Source: Octopus vulgaris (taxonomy: Eukaryota). From it: a DNA stretch of 64,000 nucleotides. A program made the position numbers and the translations under genes. The notes under the pieces were generated by a model. It saw only the letters and a program-made list of their open reading frames with translations. It was not told the origin of the DNA and searched no databases. This document shows positions 57,320 through 64,000 of this stretch, piece after piece. Location of the stretch: contig OX597836.1 of the NCBI GenBank assembly GCA_951406725.2, forward strand, positions 8,308,001 to 8,372,000, written 5' to 3'. Position 1 is the first letter of the stretch, and every line of letters begins with the position of its first letter.

Positions 57320-57555
57320 AGGCGGCGGCCAGTGCCGCCTTGATTGGCTTCCGTGCCGGTGGCACGTAAAAAGCACCAACCGATCGTGACCGCTGCCAGC
57401 CTCCCCTGGCACGTAAAAAGCACCCACTACACTCACCGAGTGGTTGGCGTTAGGAAGGGCATCCAGCTGTAGAAACACTGCTTCCCAGACCCCAGTTGAA
57501 CCCGTCCAACCCATGCTAGCATGAAAAACGGACGTTAAACGATGATGATGATGAT
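57320..57555 (+). mobile_element. Retroposon 3' end with (GAT)n tail; related copy at ~46482-46660 (-)
   Basis: Shared GTCCAACCCATGCTAGCATG.AAA.CGGACGTTAAACGATGATGAT terminus. Confidence 0.7.
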
Positions 57556-57829
57556 TATATATATATATATAAAGTGAGGTTGTGTGTATGTGTTTGTGTG
57601 TGTGTGTGTGTGTATGTGTAAACCCGCATAACTTCCGAAATTCACAACTGATTTTCTCCAAACTGGGAACAGATATTAGTTGTTTCAGGGGATGGCTTTA
57701 GGCTCAAAAGTTTTCACATAACACGACCTCGGAGTTATGTGAGAAAAGGGAGGTAACTCTTTGACTCTTTGCAAAGTAACTTCCTGGAAGTGATTGTCTC
57801 CCTCACATCCGTTGGTCAAAAACTTATCT

Positions 57830-58335
57830 CGACCTCAATTGGTCGTGGGAAAAAGCAATACTGGCTCCGAAAAACAGCACTGCAAGTAAAATTAATGAGC
57901 AGCTGCTGCAATGCCTTCCTGGAAGTCCTCACATTTATAAGTCAGTCGATACAATCCCAGATCCAGAAGAGGTAGTAAATTGTCCAACAGAATTTCTCAA
58001 TTCATTGGGGCCTCCAGAACTATCTCCCTAAAGATCGGAACTCCAGTAATGTTATTGAGGGATTTGGCTCCACCAACACTCAGCAATGAGACACAACTGG
58101 TGTTAAAGAAGATGCCACATGTTATTGCGTCCATCGTTCTCTCAGAATGTGGAAAAGGAGAGGATGTTTTCATACCCAGAATTCCTCTCTTTCCATTGGG
58201 AGCAGAAATTCCTTTTTCACTCAGAAGAATGCAATTTCCTCTTCGTATAAGCTCTGCAATGTCTATCAATAAATCCCAGAGTCAAGCACTGTCTGTTGCA
58301 GAACTTCACTAAGAAGAGTCATGCTTCTCACATAA
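57830..58335 (+). mobile_element. Helitron PIF1-like helicase remnant
   Basis: EKAILAPKN..KINEQLL, CPTEFLNSL, LKIGTPVMLLRDL, VFIPRIPL and RRMQFPLRISSAMSINKSQSQ; frameshifted and cut by a SINE. Confidence 0.85.
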
Positions 58336-58698
58336 GCACTCCACAGACACGTGTACCCTTAACGTAGTTCTCGGGGATATTCAGCGTGACACAGAGAGTG
58401 ACAACAAGGCCGGCCCTTTGAAGTAAGAGTGAGAGAAAGTTGTAGTGAAAGAGTACAGCAGGGATCACCACCATCCCCTGCCGGAGCCTCGTGGAGCTTT
58501 AGGTGTTTTCGCTCAATAAACACTCACAACGCCCGGTCTGGGAATCGAAACCGCGATCCTATGACCGCGAGTCCGTTGCCCTAACCACTGGGCCATTGCG
58601 CCTCCTTCCTGCATGGACTTCAGTATTGAAGCATATTTTTTGTTCCTTTAAGAATATTGTAGAATGGAAACTTTTCATAGATTGGAATTTAAATCCTA

Positions 58699-58884
58699 GG
58701 ATCTTTTCCTTTTGAAGGCCAGATTTCAACACAATTTCTAGTTAACTAACGAATTACAAATCTATCAAGAAAGCCAAGTGAAAATAATGTTTTCTTTTGA
58801 CATATTCTACCAGTATACGAAGTTTTAAAGTGTTTAGTTAACTAGAAATTGTGTTGAAATCTGGCCTTCAAAAGGAAAAGATCC
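58699..58884. mobile_element. MITE, 186 bp, ~51-bp perfect TIRs, 8-bp TSD
   Basis: GGATCTTTTCCTTTTGAAGGCC.../...GGCCTTCAAAAGGAAAAGATCC flanked by AAATCCTA at 58691-58698 and 58885-58892. Confidence 0.9.
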
Positions 58885-59258
58885 AAATCCTAATCTCTAT
58901 AGAAATTTATTGTTTCAAAAAAAAGCACTGAATTTGGATTACTTTTAATTGATACGATTCTAGATAAAAGCTCAGGCTGTAACTTCTGAGCCTGAGTCAG
59001 GTATGTGTGAACGATGTCGAGAGAATGTCTGCTACGAATGATATTTTTTGACACAGGGCACCGCTAAGATGACCCCCAGATGCTGAATGAAAATAAATGA
59101 ACTGCGACCAGGCTCAATAAAAGAAGTCCAACTTATTGGCTGCAATTACAGACTTGAAGTCAGTGTTGGCAGAAATTAAAACGGCTTGAAAATACATGTT
59201 CACTTTACTAGATTTATATTCAGGCTAAGCCCAAACAGCCAGAGTACCGGGGTCACCA

Positions 59259-59294
<36 letters not shown>

Positions 59295-59310
59295 TAAATA
59301 AAACATATGC

Positions 59311-59379
<69 letters not shown>

Positions 59380-59708
59380 TGTACGTACCTACCTCTACAT
59401 GTATATATACATGCATATATGGGTACAGGACACCAAAAAAACGTCGAACATAATGAGAAACGAAAACATAAACACAAAACCAAGGAAATGGACATTTTTC
59501 TTAAACAACGAAAAAATAGAGTACAGGAGAAATAACACAAGGAAAATTCCCCTTCTTCAGTCGCCATGGTTTCATCTACTCTGCGATGAGGTGAAGGCGA
59601 TACGCATCATATATATATATATACATACATACTTACATACATATATAAATATATTCCCATACACACACGCATATGACAAAGAATTAAAGTTTGAAGCATG
59701 AAGGGAAG

Positions 59709-59747
<39 letters not shown>

Positions 59748-60207
59748 GAGAAAGAGAGATAAACATAGTGAGAGTGAAAGAGAGAGAGAGAGAGAGAGAG
59801 AAATGTTAAAAAACATCACAGGAAAAAAAAACATTTGAATGAGTAATCTCCCCCCCTCTCACTTTCTTTCCCCTCTCCCCCTTCACTTATCAGACCAAAC
59901 AAGGAATCAATCAAAGCAAATTGTGTCTGTCTCAGAACCGTAAATGGTAAAATGGTAAACAATGAGGCAGGGGGTGGGCACGGGGGGTTGAGACGGAATT
60001 TCCTCAAAAGATAATTGCAAGAAATTGCATCTCCGCTTCATAATCACTAAACTACTTCTTTATTTAATTATTTAGTTGCTTCAGTTTTCATAGATTTTTT
60101 TTTAAAACTTCTCTTTTTGTTTCTATCGGTATTTCTCTCTATCTATCTCTTTATCTATTTCTGTGTGTATCAATGTGTGTGTATACAGGCATGCATATAT
60201 GTATAAT

Positions 60208-60249
<42 letters not shown>

Positions 60250-60265
60250 CATACACACTATATAT

Positions 60266-60300
<35 letters not shown>

Positions 60301-61146
60301 CATGTATAGACATAGATATATTTATAAGTATATATATATATATACATGTATAGACATAGATATATTTATAAGTATAAATATATATACACACACACACATA
60401 TATATATATTGATATGGATATAGATATACATACATACACACACACACATATATATATTATACACACACACACATATATATATTATACACACACACATACA
60501 CGCATATCATATCACATGTTCATCAAATGCCAGGTTCAGCACAGTGCCAAAACTGAACTTGCCATTTGTTTTACGCGTCAGTTCTCGCAAAAACAAACCA
60601 TTATAGAGAACTGTAGGTACCACCACAACAACAGCATAAACACCACCACCAACACCAACAACAACAACTCCTCCTCCTCCTCCTGAAACCAAAATTTTGA
60701 AATTCGAAAAAGAAAAGAAAAAAAACCCTACTTAACTCTGTTAACGAAACGAAATTAAATAATTTTCTAAAGAATAAGAGAAAATTAAAAGCCACTTGTC
60801 TCCACTAACAAAATTTAGTTGACTCAGTTATTGGCTTCAAATATTAATTGATTGATTTGATCAGTAAAGTCTTTATCACGAGTTCAAAACCAAGATGCGC
60901 GAGATTTTATTAATTCTGTCCCTTTTCCTTTTTTTTTTTTCAAAAATTTTGTTTTTTAATTCTTTCTTTCATTGTATTTTTTTTTTTTTTTAATGTGGTG
61001 ATGTGGATAACAAACTCATTCTTGTAACTTCTTGGTTTACCTTGGGTAAATGTTTTCTACTACATATAACCCTGGGCCAACCAATGCCTTGTGGGTGAGT
61101 TTGGTCGATGGAAACTAAGTGGAAGCCAGTCGTGTATGTGTGTATA

Positions 61147-61223
<77 letters not shown>

Positions 61224-61601
61224 TATAATAAAGGGTTTTTTGCAACAAGTTGCATACCGAAAATATTAGAAATAGCAGTCAAATGGGCTATTATTACTAT
61301 TACTACAAAAATAAGTCTCCACAAACAACAGTATTTGTAACCCATATATGGTAAAAAGAAGGAAGATATATATATATACATAACGTATTTGAAGAGTCTG
61401 AAACCGGTCCTGCATTATCCGTTTCTAGGTTTTTCATATTTCTGATGTTCTTCCTAGAGGTAAGACAAATTTTTTTCATGTTTGTTGCACACACACGTCT
61501 TTGCTAGTATTTACGCAGTGAAGCTATACAATAGCGTCGTATTTATTACGATCGCTATTTTCCAGTAAATATCGGTACTTCGTTGTACCATTTATTAACT
61601 T

Positions 61602-61675
<74 letters not shown>

Positions 61676-61973
61676 GTGTTGTCCCCTACCACCACTTGTC
61701 AACCGGTCATGTTGTGCTTACGTCCCCATAACATAGCGGTTCGGCAAAATAGACCAATAAAATAAGTACCAGACATTAAAAAGAATACTGGAGTCGATTC
61801 ATCTCATTAAAACCACATTCGAATGGTGTGTTTTACCTGCCACCAGCACGGGGAACCAGTCAGGCAGCACTGGCAACGACCCATGCATGAATGGTGGTGC
61901 CAAACAGAAACGATCTTATCTACTTCTAACATGGTTTTAAGATTCGGTGTCACCATATTGTTTAATTAAAGAA

Positions 61974-62204
61974 GGCGGCGTGCTGGTAGAAACGTTAGCA
62001 GGCCAGGCGAAATGCGTAGCCGTATTTCGTCTGTCGTTACGTTGTGAGTTCAAATTCCGCCGAGGTCGACTTTGCCTTTCATCCTTTCGGGGTCGATAAA
62101 TAAAGTACCAGTTACGCACTGGGGTCGATATAATCGACTTAATCCCTTTGTCTGTCCTTGTTTGTCCCCTCTATGTTTAGCCCCTTGTGGGCAATAAAGA
62201 AATA
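61974..62204 (+). mobile_element. SINE family A with 20-bp TSD
   Basis: CATATTGTTTAATTAAAGAA at 61954-61973 and 62205-62224. Confidence 0.92.
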
Positions 62205-62244
62205 CATATTGTTTAATTAAAGAATTTAAAGTTAACGAACTTAC

Positions 62245-62335
62245 CGTAATTTTCCCACTTCGATTAGCGTCTTCTCTTTTGGCGAGTTCCTTTAATAATG
62301 GATCCTTCAGGTCTTTACCAGCACTAACAAGAATC
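62245..62335 (-). CDS. CFAP299: CFAP299 (C4orf22) internal coding exon, 91 nt
   Basis: ttccag|GATT...ATTACG|gtaagt. Reads ILVSAGKDLKDPLLKELAKREDANRSGKIT, resembling the CFAP299 segment TLTSAGKDLQD..L..LA.REE.NRSGKL as I recall it. Ends in phase 0, compatible with the next exon. Confidence 0.93.
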
Positions 62336-62362
62336 CTGGAAGTTTCAACAGACAACAATATA

Positions 62363-62527
62363 TATTTCTTTATTGCCCACAAGGGGTTAAACATAGAGGG
62401 GACAAACAAGGACAGACAAACGGATTAAGTCGATTACATAGACTCCAGTGTGCAACTGGTACTTAATTTATCGACCCCGAAAGGATGAAAGGTAAAGTCG
62501 ACCTCGGCGGAATTTGAACCCAGAACG
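62363..62527 (-). mobile_element. SINE family A, 5'-truncated
   Basis: Reverse complement of ~62045-62204. Confidence 0.9.
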
Positions 62528-62735
62528 AAAGCGGGAGAGAGGAGGGACAGAGAGGAAGTGAGAGAGACAAAGAGACAGTGAGTGGGGAATGAAAGGAAGG
62601 TGGCATTGGTTTTGTGTCTTTTAATGTTTGTCAGTAGACAGAGATACGTATATCGAATGAAAAGCAGATACATAGATACATAGTGTTAAATTAAAAGCAG
62701 GGAAAAAGGAGGGACATAGACGAAGTGAAACAGAA

Positions 62736-62766
<31 letters not shown>

Positions 62767-62882
62767 TGAGTGGGGACTTAAAAGGTGGCGTTTGTTTCGT
62801 GTTTTTTCAGAATAGACATGCATACATCGAAAGAAAAATAGATACATAGACACTTTGTTAAATCAGAGACAAATAACTACAG

Positions 62883-63134
62883 GGTACTACTTAAGAAGAG
62901 TGGTCCCGGTGCGCGCACTCGCGTATCCGCACTAGCTAGTCGTGACTAGTCGATCCCTACTTTGTGTTTTTGTTTTATTTACTTTGTTTTAAAAAAAATT
63001 ATTTACTTTGAGTAAAAAATATTTATTTTTTGTTTTATTTACTTTGCTAGGTAGTCGTTGTAGGATCGATTAATCACGACTAGCGAGTGCGGATGCGAGT
63101 ACGCGCACCGGGACCACTCTACTTAAGTAGTACC
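62883..63134. mobile_element. MITE, 252 bp, ~75-bp TIRs, 9-bp TSD (Merlin- or Mutator-like)
   Basis: GGTACTACTTAAG...CTTAAGTAGTACC flanked by TAACTACAG at 62874-62882 and 63135-63143. Confidence 0.9.
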
Positions 63135-63527
63135 TAACTACAGTAAATATTGGATGTCACTTTTGCTTTTGACTGCTACACAAGGAAAAAAATTAACGCG
63201 CAAGTGGCCGAGTACTCCACAGACATGCATGCCATTAACGTAGTGCTCAGGGAGATTCAGCCTCACACAGAATGTGACAAGGCTGAATTATAGCTACAAC
63301 TCATTTTGGCCAGCTGAGTGGACTGCAGCAGGGTGAAGTAGATTCCGCCGGGAATCGTACTCGTGACCGTACGATCGTGGGCCGAATACCCTAACCACTG
63401 AGCCACGCACCAGAGAAAGGAAAGCCTCAGTCATTTATAATGACAATTAGAGTAAAATACCATCGATCTTTTCTGGCTTCTTCACTTTTAACAATGAAGA
63501 AAAGGGAAAGCGATTTAGCCCCTAGGA

Positions 63528-63728
63528 CAGTGGTTTTCAACCAGGGTTCCGCCAGTACAGTGCAGGGGTTTCGCAAGAAGTTACAAAACTGCTAAAATCG
63601 GCAGTAATTTTTCATTCTCCTGTGCAGATATGTGTGCATAAGACTATTAAATTATTGCACAGGGGTTCCTCGAGCCAGTGGAATGTTTCCTTGGGGTTCC
63701 GCTCCAGCAAAAATTTTGAAAAGCACTG
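63528..63728. mobile_element. hAT (Charlie-like) MITE, 201 bp
   Basis: CAGTGGTTTTCAA.../...TTGAAAAGCACTG with 8-bp TSD CCCTAGGA (63520-63527, 63729-63736). Confidence 0.9.
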
Positions 63729-64000
63729 CCCTAGGACAAAAGACTCTAGGACAAAAGTCCCACGGTTATATTTCAGTTATTTTTTCGCTTTTAGAAGTAG
63801 AAAGAGAGACCCAGAGACAGACAGACAGATATATAGAGGGGAGAGGGGAGAGAGAGAGACGAAGACCAAGAAGGATTAAAGGAAGGGAGAAGACACTGAG
63901 CGCGAGGGAGAAGGAGAAGAGGGGTTCAATTGCGACTTACTTCTTTTGTTTGTGCTTGGACAATCTGCTAGCTTCAGCAGCTGACTTTCTGGCATCAAAT

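Noticed and set aside
57980-58312. Cellular PIF1 helicase gene
   Set aside because: Frameshifted, motif-degenerate, intronless fragment inside another gene's intron, which fits a Helitron remnant.

Overview
Repeat-dense, AT-rich eukaryotic DNA, most likely an octopus (inferred from the SINE families and the extreme microsatellite load). The only host gene I can support is the 3' part of CFAP299 (C4orf22 orthologue) on the minus strand. Four phase-consistent GT-AG exons (91, 143, 130 nt and a 99-nt last coding exon) lie at 62335-46196, and the 5' exons are beyond the right edge. The rest is three tRNA-derived SINE families, decayed Tc1/mariner, Helitron and Penelope-like (PLE) elements, three MITEs with clean TSDs, an internally deleted L1/Tx1-like LINE with a 544-aa ORF1, a 4.7-kb 21-bp minisatellite and many microsatellites. 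Nearly all ORFs in the supplied track are repeat artefacts. Main leads: (1) minimal hammerhead-ribozyme folds in several unrelated short elements, some with the compensatory U3-A8 core; (2) the 91-nt CFAP299 exon sits in the loop of a ~160-bp inverted-SINE hairpin; (3) a duplicated CFAP299 splice acceptor that would read straight into a stop codon; (4) an ORF1 collinear and in frame with an ORF2 C-terminus, flanked by (AAT)n just downstream of CFAP299. All calls are by eye; repeat boundaries are approximate unless a TSD is quoted.
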